Positions 1 through 8,604 of a DNA stretch of 44,685 nucleotides are shown piece by piece. The stretch comes from Lentisphaeria bacterium (GTDB taxonomy: Bacteria; Verrucomicrobiota; Lentisphaeria; Oligosphaerales; JBFJXC01), in NCBI GenBank assembly GCA_041623325.1, contig JBFJXC010000002.1:1-44685 (forward strand), written 5' to 3'. Within the stretch, counting starts at the first letter, position 1; each line of letters begins with the position of its first letter. A model generated the notes under the pieces. It had not been told where the DNA came from. It did no database searches and worked only from the letters and a program-made list of their open reading frames with translations. The position numbers and the translations under genes were made by a program.

Positions 1-821
1 CCCACCTGACCGCAGAGGAAATCGCGGACAACGTCCGTCTCTCCTGCCAAATCAAAGTCCGCGAGGACATGCAGATCAGCATCCCCCCCGAGCTATTCAC
101 CATCCGGGAATACCAGGCCGTGGCCAGCGAAATCCAGGACCTGACCTGGGACATCAAGCGATTGCGCCTGGAACTGGTGGAGCCCGAGTGCCTCGAGTTT
201 GTTCCGGGGCAGTATGTGCAGCTGGAGACCCCCGTCTACGGCAAGCACCCCGAGCCGGTCTACAGAGCCTACTCCGTGGCCTCCAGCCCCGAACGCAAGC
301 GCCAGATTGACCTGATCGTCCGCCGCGTCCCAGGCGGAATCTGCACCACCTGGGTCTTCGACCACCTCAAGCAGGGCGCCGAGGTTCTGTTCAACGGCCC
401 CTACGGCGATTTTCACTTGAACGATTCAGGTCGAGACATGATTTTCATCGGTGGCGGCAGCGGCATGGCCCCCTTCTGCAGCATCCTGGAGGAGATGAAA
501 CGCACTGGCAGCACCCGCAAGGCCACCTACTACTTCGGTGCCAAGGCCAAACGTGATCTGTTCTACTTGGAGGAAATGAAAGCCTATGAGCAGGCCCTGG
601 CCAACTTCGGTTTTGTCCCGGCGCTGAGCGAACCCCAACCGGAGGACGACTGGCCAGGGGAGACCGGCCTGATCACCGAAGTGGTCGACCGCCACTGCCA
701 GGACTGCTCAGACATGGAAGGCTACCTCTGCGGCGCCCCCGGCATGATCGACGCCTGCATTGCCGTGCTCACCAAGCACGGCATGCCCGAAGACCAGATC
801 TTCTACGACAAGTTCGGATAA
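1..821 (+). CDS. NqrF-like 2Fe-2S/FAD/NAD(H)-binding oxidoreductase, 5'-truncated by the window edge
   Basis: The frame is open from base 3 (HLTAEEIADNVRLSCQIKVRED, the end of a 2Fe-2S domain). It then shows RAYSVAS (FAD), GGICTT, GPYG, GGGSGMAP (NAD) and YLCGAPGM, ending in FYDKFG, as in the NqrF/FNR family. Confidence 0.85.
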   Translation, partial: HLTAEEIADNVRLSCQIKVREDMQISIPPELFTIREYQAVASEIQDLTWDIKRLRLELVEPECLEFVPGQYVQLETPVYGKHPEPVYRAYSVASSPERKRQIDLIVRRVPGGICTTWVFDHLKQGAEVLFNGPYGDFHLNDSGRDMIFIGGGSGMAPFCSILEEMKRTGSTRKATYYFGAKAKRDLFYLEEMKAYEQALANFGFVPALSEPQPEDDWPGETGLITEVVDRHCQDCSDMEGYLCGAPGMIDACIAVLTKHGMPEDQIFYDKFG

Positions 822-833
822 GGACAAAAAACC

Positions 834-1301
834 ATGAAAGAAAATCCAGCCGAAACCCTGATCCGCCAGCGAATGGCCGCCGGCATCCTATCCAACGATG
901 GCTTTCTCGGCAGCGACCAGCGGACCCTGGGCGACATTGTCGCCCAGGACTGCGACGAGTTGCAAGCCGCCGGCATCTCCTTGGGCGACCTGGCCGGTCT
1001 ACTGGAGCAACTCCAAGCCGCCGCCGAGGCCGGGCTGGAAACGGCCGTCTCTCTGTGCGGCGGAAAAATCACCGTCGAACTGATTGAAGTCATGGGCCAT
1101 ATTCCCTGCCCCTTCGGTTGCGGGCAGAACGCTTGCAAAGGCGTCATCACCGTCACAACCCCGGACAAGACCCTGCGCCTGGCGCCCATGGGCATTCACC
1201 TGATCCGGGACCACGGTTTCTTTCAAGGAAAAGGTTCCCCCTTCCGCCTGGAACCCGCCGAGGCCATCGCCCTATACCGCCTTTGCAGACTCGAGCCATA
1301 G
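834..1301 (+). CDS. Hypothetical protein with CPFGC and IHLIRDHGFF motifs, probably co-transcribed with the NqrF-like gene
   Basis: AAGGA SD overlaps the upstream stop, the gap is 12 bp, and codon usage is host-like; 155 aa. Confidence 0.75.
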   Translation: MKENPAETLIRQRMAAGILSNDGFLGSDQRTLGDIVAQDCDELQAAGISLGDLAGLLEQLQAAAEAGLETAVSLCGGKITVELIEVMGHIPCPFGCGQNACKGVITVTTPDKTLRLAPMGIHLIRDHGFFQGKGSPFRLEPAEAIALYRLCRLEP

Positions 1302-1302
1302 C

Positions 1303-2343
1303 CTACCTGGGAAAAGGCACCAGTTTTTGCCGTTTCTCGTCCCAAAGCTTCAGATGCATACACGACAGGCTTTGCTTGAAGGCGAGCGGCTTCTTGATTT
1401 GCAGGGCAGGCACATCTTGGTAGCACTGCCTCAAACGGTAGTTCGGAATTCGTGGATCCAGATGGTGAATATGGTGATAGCCGATACTTCCTGAAAACCA
1501 TCGCAACACTGCTGGCAAGTCATAGAATGAACTGCCCTCCATGGCAGCCCGCAATGCTTTCCACGCCTGTTTGTGCGCCCAATACCCTCCGGGGAACTGA
1601 TGCTGTACGTAGAACAGCCAGATTCCTGCCGCCCCCGCAAACCACAGCACCGGCAACTGAATCACCAGATAAGTACGCCAGCCAAACGCATGGCAGGCTA
1701 CTAAAACCACAGCTGCAATCAGAAGGTTGGTAAACAAAACACCGCTGCGTTCCTTGCGCCTTACCTTTCGGGTGGGGAGCCGATTCCTGAGCACAAAAAT
1801 GAACAAAGCGCCCAATCCGATCAGCACCAGAGGATTGCGATAGAGCCTGTAAAGCACCCGGGTTGTCTTTGTGGAACTTTCGTACTCTGTCCGAGTCATG
1901 GTCCAAATGTCGCCGAATCCTCTGGCATCCAGATTGGCATAGGTCACGTGGTGCCGAAGATGGCTGAAGCGCCAATCATCGAACGAGGTGAAGACGAGAA
2001 CTCCCAGGAAATAGCCGAGAAATGTATTCATGCCTCTGGAAGTCAGAAACGCCCCATGGACGCAATCATGGAACAAGATGAAGATCCGCACCAGAAAAGC
2101 AGCGGCAACCATGGCGAGACCCAAGGTGACCATATACGGGGCGCCGCCTTTTACCGAGCGAATCATCAAATACCAAAGGGCGAAATAAGGAACAAGCGCA
2201 GTGACCAACTGCCAGCTTGCCTTGCGGCTGTCAGGCCCCCGGTAGTTCGCCAGTTCGGCGTACCAATCCGGCCACACCCGGCCCGAATCCCGCCCGGCTT
2301 GTTGGCTTTTGGACACATCCTCCTCATGCACTATCATGATCAC
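1303..2343 (-). CDS. Membrane fatty acid desaturase (Bacillus Des-like)
   Basis: Three His boxes (HDCVH, HLRHH, HHIHH), FYVQHQF, PRIPNYRL and several TM segments. The start codon is uncertain. Confidence 0.9.
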   Translation of the reverse strand: MIMIVHEEDVSKSQQAGRDSGRVWPDWYAELANYRGPDSRKASWQLVTALVPYFALWYLMIRSVKGGAPYMVTLGLAMVAAAFLVRIFILFHDCVHGAFLTSRGMNTFLGYFLGVLVFTSFDDWRFSHLRHHVTYANLDARGFGDIWTMTRTEYESSTKTTRVLYRLYRNPLVLIGLGALFIFVLRNRLPTRKVRRKERSGVLFTNLLIAAVVLVACHAFGWRTYLVIQLPVLWFAGAAGIWLFYVQHQFPGGYWAHKQAWKALRAAMEGSSFYDLPAVLRWFSGSIGYHHIHHLDPRIPNYRLRQCYQDVPALQIKKPLAFKQSLSCMHLKLWDEKRQKLVPFPR

Positions 2344-2500
2344 AATCCCCCAATTGCCTTGTCTCCCCCCTCTCCTTCTTCGTTGTTACCAGTCAGGCAC
2401 TATTTCTGTGTTTAAATCTAAATCCACCTCCCCTGCCTTGTAAAATCATCACATCACCCACTTTGTTCGCCGGCCGGAACTCCGCCTTCAGAAGTTGAAC

Positions 2501-3262
2501 CTACCGGTGAGTCTTGTCCCAGGCCACAAGCTCGGCGTAGGGCAAGGGGCCGCCGAAGATATCCAGGGCGCTGCCGACGGTGGCGTCGATGCGCCCCTGT
2601 CCCAGATGCTCTATTAACTCCATGTCCGCCAGGGTCCGGACGCCGCCGGCGTAGGTCAGCTGCAGCGGGCAGATGTCGGCTAGCAGGCGGACCAGATCCC
2701 GATCGATGCCGGCCTGCTTGCCCTCCACATCAACGGCATGCACCAAGAATTCGTCGCAGTAGCTCCCCAACCGTGCCAGATTGTCGGCGTCGACCCTCAC
2801 CTCGGTAAAGTTCTGCCAGCGGTCGGTGACGATGAAGTAGTCATTTCCGCGGCGCCGGCAGCTCAAATCCAGTACCAGTCGGCCTTTGCCGACCGCAATG
2901 GCCATCTCGTCCAAGCGCTCCCAGCAGACCCGACCCTGGCGGAAAACATAGGAGGTGACGATCACCTTGGAGGCGCCCAACTCCAGCCAAGCTTTGGCGT
3001 TGGACGCCGTGATCCCGCCTCCGATTTGGAGACCATCTGGATAGGCTCCAATAGCATTTTCGGCTGCGGCCTGGTTGCCGGGGCCCAGCATGATCACGTG
3101 TCCGCCAGTCAAACCATCGCGCCGGTACATGGCCGCATAATACTCCGGAGGGTCGGAAGCCACGAAGTTGGTGACCGGGGCGTTACCCTCGTCGCAGAGG
3201 GTCGAGCCGACGATCTGTTTGACCGCTCCGTTGTGCAGATCAATGCAGGGTCTGAAACGCAT
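2501..3262 (-). CDS. hisA: ProFAR isomerase HisA, eukaryotic/His6 type
   Basis: MRFRPCIDLHNGAVKQIVGSTL, GGHVIMLG, LVLDLSCR, EFLVHAVDVEG and TVGSALDIFGG are His6-type signatures. Confidence 0.93.
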   Translation of the reverse strand: MRFRPCIDLHNGAVKQIVGSTLCDEGNAPVTNFVASDPPEYYAAMYRRDGLTGGHVIMLGPGNQAAAENAIGAYPDGLQIGGGITASNAKAWLELGASKVIVTSYVFRQGRVCWERLDEMAIAVGKGRLVLDLSCRRRGNDYFIVTDRWQNFTEVRVDADNLARLGSYCDEFLVHAVDVEGKQAGIDRDLVRLLADICPLQLTYAGGVRTLADMELIEHLGQGRIDATVGSALDIFGGPLPYAELVAWDKTHR

Positions 3263-3280
3263 GGTGTTTCACCGTTTGGG

Positions 3281-3453
3281 CGCATACCTTCGGCATGCGA
3301 ATTTTCGTTTCTGCGTACCCTGGGGCTCCGCCCCAGGCTAAAACTGGAGTCGTGCCGTTGGCACGTCAGATGTGCCGGAAGCACAAACCCAACCTTAGCC
3401 TAGGGCGCCGCCCTAGGAAAGGATTAAAAACAATTCGCGTGCTGAAAGCACGC
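3281..3453. repeat. REP/REPIN-like inverted doublet of a three-hairpin unit
   Basis: Arm 3281-3365 is an imperfect reverse complement of arm 3371-3453. The core hairpins are CCTGGGGCTCCGCCCCAGGCTA and TAGCCTAGGGCGCCGCCCTAGG. Confidence 0.75.
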
Positions 3454-3650
3454 TACCAATCAATCCGTCAATCCCGCCCCCCCTCAGCTTTCAGCCTTGA
3501 GTCCACTCGAAAAAAGGCGGGCTTCGCCAAAATGGACAACTTTGTCCTGAACTTTGTCTCGAACGTCGTCGCATTTCGTGCTCAGTTCGTTATTGAATAT
3601 TGGTTCGGGACAAGGTTTCGACTTTTTAGAGCAGACTCAGCCTTCCTCCG

Positions 3651-4121
3651 TCATCCCTCCGACACCCCCCACCCACGCACCTGGCGCAGCCCTTCATAAA
3701 GCACGATGGAGACGGAATTGGCCAGATTGTGGCTACGCTGATGCTCCCCTGGCATGGGAATCGTGTACAAGCTGTCCGCATAGCGTTCGTAAAGTTCGGA
3801 TGGCAGGCCGCTGCTTTCATTGCCGAAAACCAGGTAGTCGCCATCCTGGAAACGGTAGTCATAAATGCTTTGGCTGCACTTGGTGCTGGCAAACATCATC
3901 CGCCCGGGGCGCACAGCCTGCAGAAAGGCTTCCCACGTTTCGTGAACCTGCAGCGGCAGATGCTGCCAGTAGTCCATGCCGGCCCGACGGATCCGCGATT
4001 CATCCAGCGAAAATCCGAGCGGTTTGACCAAGTGCAGCCGGGTGTCGGTGCAGACACACAGCCGCCCGATCGTGCCGGTATTCTGAGGGATTTCGGGAGC
4101 AACCAAGACGATGTTGAACAT
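3651..4121 (-). CDS. trmL: tRNA (cytidine/uridine-34 2'-O)-methyltransferase TrmL (SPOUT)
   Basis: IVLVAPEIPQNTGTIGRLC, RRAGMDYW, LVFGNESSGLP and IPM...RSHNLANSV. Confidence 0.95.
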   Translation of the reverse strand: MFNIVLVAPEIPQNTGTIGRLCVCTDTRLHLVKPLGFSLDESRIRRAGMDYWQHLPLQVHETWEAFLQAVRPGRMMFASTKCSQSIYDYRFQDGDYLVFGNESSGLPSELYERYADSLYTIPMPGEHQRSHNLANSVSIVLYEGLRQVRGWGVSEG

Positions 4122-4209
4122 GGGCTTCAGGGGAGTCGGGATTCAGTGTTCGTGATCGCCATCGCGATCGTGTTCGGCCATCAAGCGGTATCCTGGGGTC
4201 GAGTGTCAA

Positions 4210-5589
4210 CTAGGCCAGTTCGCCTTCCCAGTAGTCCAGTTGTTTGCCCACCTGGGCCGGGGCCGTCCCCCCGATCAGGTCGCGAGCGGCCACACTCTTT
4301 TTAGCCGAGAACAGCGCCAAACACTCGGCGGTGGCCAGCGGAATGCTTTCCCGCATCTGCTCGACCGTAGTGCCGTTCAGCGGCAGCCGGTGCGCCCGGC
4401 AATAGCCCACGTAGCTGCCAACCTGATGGTGGGCATCCCGGAAAGGAACCCCCTGTTTGACCAGCCACTCGGCCAGATCCGTGGCCATCAGAGCCGGATC
4501 CTCGGCCGCCTCCAAAGTGCGTTCGCCGTCAACCTTGGCCGTGGCCAGCATCGGAGCCATGGTCCCCAGCATGAGCTTGATCGTATCGATGGCATCGAAC
4601 AGGCCTTCCTTGTCCTCCTGCAGGTCGCGGTTATAGGTCAGCGGCAGCCCCTTCAAAACCGTCAGCAGCCCGAATAGACTGGCGTAGACTCGCCCGGTCT
4701 TGCCACGGGTGAGCTCGGCCACATCGGGGTTCTTCTTCTGCGGCATGAGGCTGGACCCCGTGCAGAAGGCATCGTCCAGTTCAACGAAACTGAATTCCTG
4801 GGACATCCAGAGAATCACATCCTCGGCCAGACGGGAGAGATGCATGGCAGTGATCGCCAGCCCCGCGAGAAACTCGACCATGAAGTCCCGGTCGGCCACC
4901 GCATCCATGCTGTTGCGCAGAACCCCGTCGAACCCAAGCTCGGCAGCCACGAATTCACGGTCCAGCGGCAGCGTGGAGCCGGCCAGAGCGCCCGCGCCCA
5001 GAGGCAAGCGGTTGAACCGGGCTCTGCAATCGGCCAAGCGGCCCTTGTCGCGGTCGAACATCTCCACATAGGCCAGCAGGTGGTGGGCCAACAGCACGGG
5101 CTGAGCGTGCTGCAGATGTGTAAAACCGGGCAGGATCACGTCCTGATTGTCGCGGCCCAACTGCACCAGCGCCCGCTGCATGTCCTTGAGCAAGTCGACA
5201 ATCGCATCCGCCTCAGACCGCAGATAGAGCCGTTCGTCGGTGGCGACCTGATCGTTGCGGCTACGGCCACTGTGAACCCGGGCCCCGACATCGCCCAAAG
5301 CCTCGATAACGGCGCTTTCGATGTTCATGTGAATGTCTTCGAGCTCCTGGCGCAGTTCGAACTGGCCGCCATCGAGCCTGCTTTTGATGCGGTCCAGTTC
5401 CTCCACAATCGCCTGGGAATCGGCCGCCGGGATAATCCCGGTACGCCCCAGCATGCGCACGTGCGCCTTGCTGCCGGCGATGTCATGCGGATACAAGCGT
5501 TGGTCGTAGCTGACCGACTCCGTAAACCGTGCGACCTTCTCATCGGTCTGCTTGTCAAATCGTCCGCCCCAAAGAGCCATATCATTCAC
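4210..5589 (-). CDS. argH: Argininosuccinate lyase
   Basis: LWGGRF, EDIH, HSGRSRNDQVATD, GFTHLQHAQP and the lyase signature GSSLMPQKKNPD. Confidence 0.98.
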   Translation of the reverse strand: MNDMALWGGRFDKQTDEKVARFTESVSYDQRLYPHDIAGSKAHVRMLGRTGIIPAADSQAIVEELDRIKSRLDGGQFELRQELEDIHMNIESAVIEALGDVGARVHSGRSRNDQVATDERLYLRSEADAIVDLLKDMQRALVQLGRDNQDVILPGFTHLQHAQPVLLAHHLLAYVEMFDRDKGRLADCRARFNRLPLGAGALAGSTLPLDREFVAAELGFDGVLRNSMDAVADRDFMVEFLAGLAITAMHLSRLAEDVILWMSQEFSFVELDDAFCTGSSLMPQKKNPDVAELTRGKTGRVYASLFGLLTVLKGLPLTYNRDLQEDKEGLFDAIDTIKLMLGTMAPMLATAKVDGERTLEAAEDPALMATDLAEWLVKQGVPFRDAHHQVGSYVGYCRAHRLPLNGTTVEQMRESIPLATAECLALFSAKKSVAARDLIGGTAPAQVGKQLDYWEGELA

Positions 5590-5627
5590 CTCATTGCCGC
5601 TTCCCGTCGGCCACGGCTGCCGCGCCG

Positions 5628-5710
5628 GCCCGCTTCGGGGAGCTTATGCTGATTGTTGTCTCAGCCCAAGGTTACGCCCTGGGCCACATTCCGCGGTCCC
5701 AAACGGGACC
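5628..5710. repeat. Single copy of the same three-hairpin REP-like unit
   Basis: GCCCGCTTCGGGGAGC, about 20 nt, GCCCAAGGTTACGCCCTGGGCCA, about 8 nt, then GGTCCCAAACGGGACC. Order and spacing match arm 3281-3365. Confidence 0.6.
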
Positions 5711-5788
5711 AATTCTCATCGTTGCGTCCGTTCGCCAAGAGGGGGTTGAGCCGTCTTGTCGCGATGTATGTCGGCAACGCCTGCCGTT

Positions 5789-6910
5789 TCAGTGCCCCCC
5801 CGACCCCGTCCCCAGCAGCTTGATGATCAGCTGTTCCATAATCACACGATTGGAGACATTGGATCCCACGCAGGCCCGGTTGGCGTCTCTGTGCAGGCCT
5901 ATGGACCGAACCAATTCCGGACCGCTGAACTTAACGGCCTGCTCGGCCAGCATTTTGACCCGGTAGGGATGAAACGAAATGCACTCGAATCCACTGGCAA
6001 CTGCCGTCTCCTTGGCCTCCTTGCTCAGACCCTCGACGGCACTCATAACCTGGCCGGGGCTTCGCAGATTTTTTTCCTGCATGAACACCCGCAGCTGCAG
6101 CAGCTGCCGGAAACGCCCAGCCGTCTGCAAAAGCAGGCCCAGCACCGCCCCTTCCGGCTCCTTCTCCTGCCGGAGCAGAACATCCAATAGCCTCATGGCC
6201 TCATCAAGTTGGCGATGCCCCAGCGCATCCGAAAAAGACCAGGACATGGCCTCGCCACTGCCCAGGCAGATTTCCTGGGCATCCGCCAGGGTAACCTGGG
6301 CTTCAGGCCCCCCGCAATAGCAGCACAATTTCTCCAGTTCGGGATCAATTCGCAACGTATCAGTCCCGAGCACCTCCACCAGATAGGCCGTCACATCCGG
6401 CCGCAGACGCATGCCCTTGGCCCGGGCCGCCTCCTGCACCAAACGGCCCATCTCGGCCTGCCAATTGCGATTGCGCACTTCGGGCTTGTTGCAGACCGTG
6501 ACGTTGCCCAGCTCCTTGCACACCTTATACAGACGCTTGCGCTGGTCAACGCCCGAACCGCTCATGACCAGCAGCATGTCTTCCGGCAAACCGGCCTGGA
6601 TCACCTCGCACAATTTCGCGAAGGCCTTGGCCTCGGCCGTCTTCGAGGTCTTGGCACCCTCGGCCTCAAATGCGGAGACCGTCTGCAGCCAGACGGTCTT
6701 TCGGCCGCCCAGAAAAGAAGGCGAGGCCAGCGAATTCAGCAGCTCGCACACGACCTCGGCGGTGGAAGCGCCTTCGCGCTCACGGATGACATCCAACGAA
6801 AACGGATCGGGATTCTCCCCGGCCACCTCCCGCACCAGCTTCTCCGCCGTGGTGGCAATGATGGCCTGGTCCGTGCCCGTTATCAAAAAAACATTTGCCG
6901 GCTTACCCAC
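5789..6910 (-). CDS. holA: DNA polymerase III subunit delta
   Basis: N-terminal FLITGTD, SPSFLGGRKTV, VDQRKRLYK, ELEKL..Y and VTLAD; the length and C-terminal collar (MEQLIIKL) fit HolA. Confidence 0.85.
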   Translation of the reverse strand: MGKPANVFLITGTDQAIIATTAEKLVREVAGENPDPFSLDVIREREGASTAEVVCELLNSLASPSFLGGRKTVWLQTVSAFEAEGAKTSKTAEAKAFAKLCEVIQAGLPEDMLLVMSGSGVDQRKRLYKVCKELGNVTVCNKPEVRNRNWQAEMGRLVQEAARAKGMRLRPDVTAYLVEVLGTDTLRIDPELEKLCCYCGGPEAQVTLADAQEICLGSGEAMSWSFSDALGHRQLDEAMRLLDVLLRQEKEPEGAVLGLLLQTAGRFRQLLQLRVFMQEKNLRSPGQVMSAVEGLSKEAKETAVASGFECISFHPYRVKMLAEQAVKFSGPELVRSIGLHRDANRACVGSNVSNRVIMEQLIIKLLGTGSGGH

Positions 6911-6916
6911 GCTTGC

Positions 6917-7408
6917 TCACCACCATCCGAGGTTGTTGACAGACAGAAACAAGACCAGAAACCCCGCTGCGGAAATCAGGGACGAGAGCCGGTCGGTCAG
7001 CATCAGCCAAGGTGGCAAATTGACCAGGCTGGCGAAGAGACTGTCTTCGGAGCGTGAACGGGCCAAGATGGCGCTAAGGATTACCAGGCACAGGTCCTTG
7101 ACCAGCAGTCCCAGGCTCAGCCAAACCAACACTCCAGAAACCCACAGAAAGACCAGCAGCGACACCCCCATGACGAACACCCCCAGCTCCAGCAAGGTCA
7201 GGCGGGAGAATTGGCGCAAAAACTCAACTTCCCGCTCGTCCGCCGGGGCGCGGTTGCGCCGGGTAATCTGATCGGCCCCCTCGAGTACGCGGCGGTCGGT
7301 CTGATTCAGAAGCACGCACAGGGGGTTACCCCAAACCACGACCCGCAGAGAAAAGACCACCACGCACCAAAGGCCGATGCTGACCAGAAGCAAATCCCTG
7401 TCCTCCAC
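6917..7408 (-). CDS. Hypothetical membrane protein (about 4 TM segments)
   Basis: Hydrophobic segments; ends 6 bp before the holA start. Confidence 0.7.
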   Translation of the reverse strand: MEDRDLLLVSIGLWCVVVFSLRVVVWGNPLCVLLNQTDRRVLEGADQITRRNRAPADEREVEFLRQFSRLTLLELGVFVMGVSLLVFLWVSGVLVWLSLGLLVKDLCLVILSAILARSRSEDSLFASLVNLPPWLMLTDRLSSLISAAGFLVLFLSVNNLGWW

Positions 7409-7422
7409 TTGATAGGGTCATC

Positions 7423-7465
7423 AAAAACAGTCCGGCTTCCCCCCACGGTGGACGGGAAGCCGGAC
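7423..7465 (-). terminator. Intrinsic terminator-like hairpin after the 7501-8319 gene
   Basis: 12-bp stem GTCCGGCTTCCC/GGGAAGCCGGAC followed on the minus strand by TGTTTTT. Confidence 0.6.
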
Positions 7466-7500
7466 AATATACATTCCTAACCCCTTAGGGTCTTGTCCGC

Positions 7501-8319
7501 TTATTTGGAAATATGCACGGGGCCGTTCCACTCGACCGGAACCAACGCCTGCCGGGTGAATGGATCATACTTGTAGTCGCTGGGAAAGACCTTGCCGGTG
7601 CTCTCATTCATCTTCGGAACTTGCAGGCCGAAGACAATGCGGCGCAGAGCCCGCCAGTTAGGGGAGTAATCATCACTGCCGAAGATCAATTTGCGCTCCG
7701 TCTTGCCGTTGACGGGGTTGACATACTGATACATGCAGTACCAAGACCCGTCATTTTCCTTGGCGTACAGGGACGCGTTGCCAATGCTGAAGGTCGTGCC
7801 GTCTCTCCGGCAGGCAATGGCTCCTCCAGAGTGATCAAGAGGAAATTCCAGATACTTGAGCTCCCGGCGCATCTCATCCAGGGTCATCTGGAACTCCTCA
7901 CCCTTCAACAGCCCCTTGATGCCGCTGAAGTAGTCGGCGAACTTAATCTCCTGCTTACGGGCCATGGACGACCAGTAGGTGGTGTTGTCCCGCAGGGTCA
8001 CGAAACTGACGGGCATAAACCCGGAAATCAACTCCTGAACGGCCAACGCCTTGGCGGCCTGGTCGGGATAGGCTTGCTTGTCCAGATCCAGAAGCTGCTG
8101 CCACTGTTCGCGCCCCAGCAGCACATAGCGGACATAGCCCACTTCCCGTTGCCGCAGGGTTTCCGGAACCGTGCTGTTAAAGTCACCCAAAGCCATACTG
8201 ATCAGGGCGTTGACGCGATCCTCCTGAGCCTGCAGCATCTGCCCGGCCAGGACAAGCCCAACAAGCATCCCGACCCTTGACACACGTTTCAATCCAACAA
8301 TCCACTCTGTTTTCAGCAC
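7501..8319 (-). CDS. Hypothetical exported protein
   Basis: GTG at 8319 lies 6 nt after a GGGGAG SD. The N-terminus resembles a signal peptide (RVGMLVGLVLAGQMLQA|QE). No family recognised. Confidence 0.7.
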   Translation of the reverse strand: MLKTEWIVGLKRVSRVGMLVGLVLAGQMLQAQEDRVNALISMALGDFNSTVPETLRQREVGYVRYVLLGREQWQQLLDLDKQAYPDQAAKALAVQELISGFMPVSFVTLRDNTTYWSSMARKQEIKFADYFSGIKGLLKGEEFQMTLDEMRRELKYLEFPLDHSGGAIACRRDGTTFSIGNASLYAKENDGSWYCMYQYVNPVNGKTERKLIFGSDDYSPNWRALRRIVFGLQVPKMNESTGKVFPSDYKYDPFTRQALVPVEWNGPVHISK

Positions 8320-8530
8320 CTTCAACTCCCCTTATCGGCCTTGGCCACCCTATTTTCGAAAACACTTATAGCGCCGCATACACGCGGAGCCTCCCAATGT
8401 CCTTACGCGTACCATAGTCTACTAACCATGCGGGCACTTTCCAAGCCATTTCTGATCATTTGAAATGATACCAAAAGGATCCCGAAGAACCCGGCAGCAC
8501 CGCCCCCTGAGCAGATCGACCCCATAAAAT

Positions 8531-8570
8531 AAAAAAGCCCTCCGGCTCCTGCGCTAGGAACCGGAGGGCT
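8531..8570 (-). terminator. Intrinsic terminator of the hydrogenase operon
   Basis: Stem AGCCCTCCGG/CCGGAGGGCT followed by a T-run on the minus strand, 35 bp past the hydA stop. Confidence 0.85.
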
Positions 8571-8604
8571 CAGCCTTTTCAGCTATCCAACTCCAGGCGG
8601 GACC

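Noticed and set aside
3281-3647. Possible CRISPR array or his attenuator
   Set aside because: The repeats are inverted, not direct with unique spacers, and no cas genes are present. I found no His-codon-rich leader peptide and no terminator U-tract.
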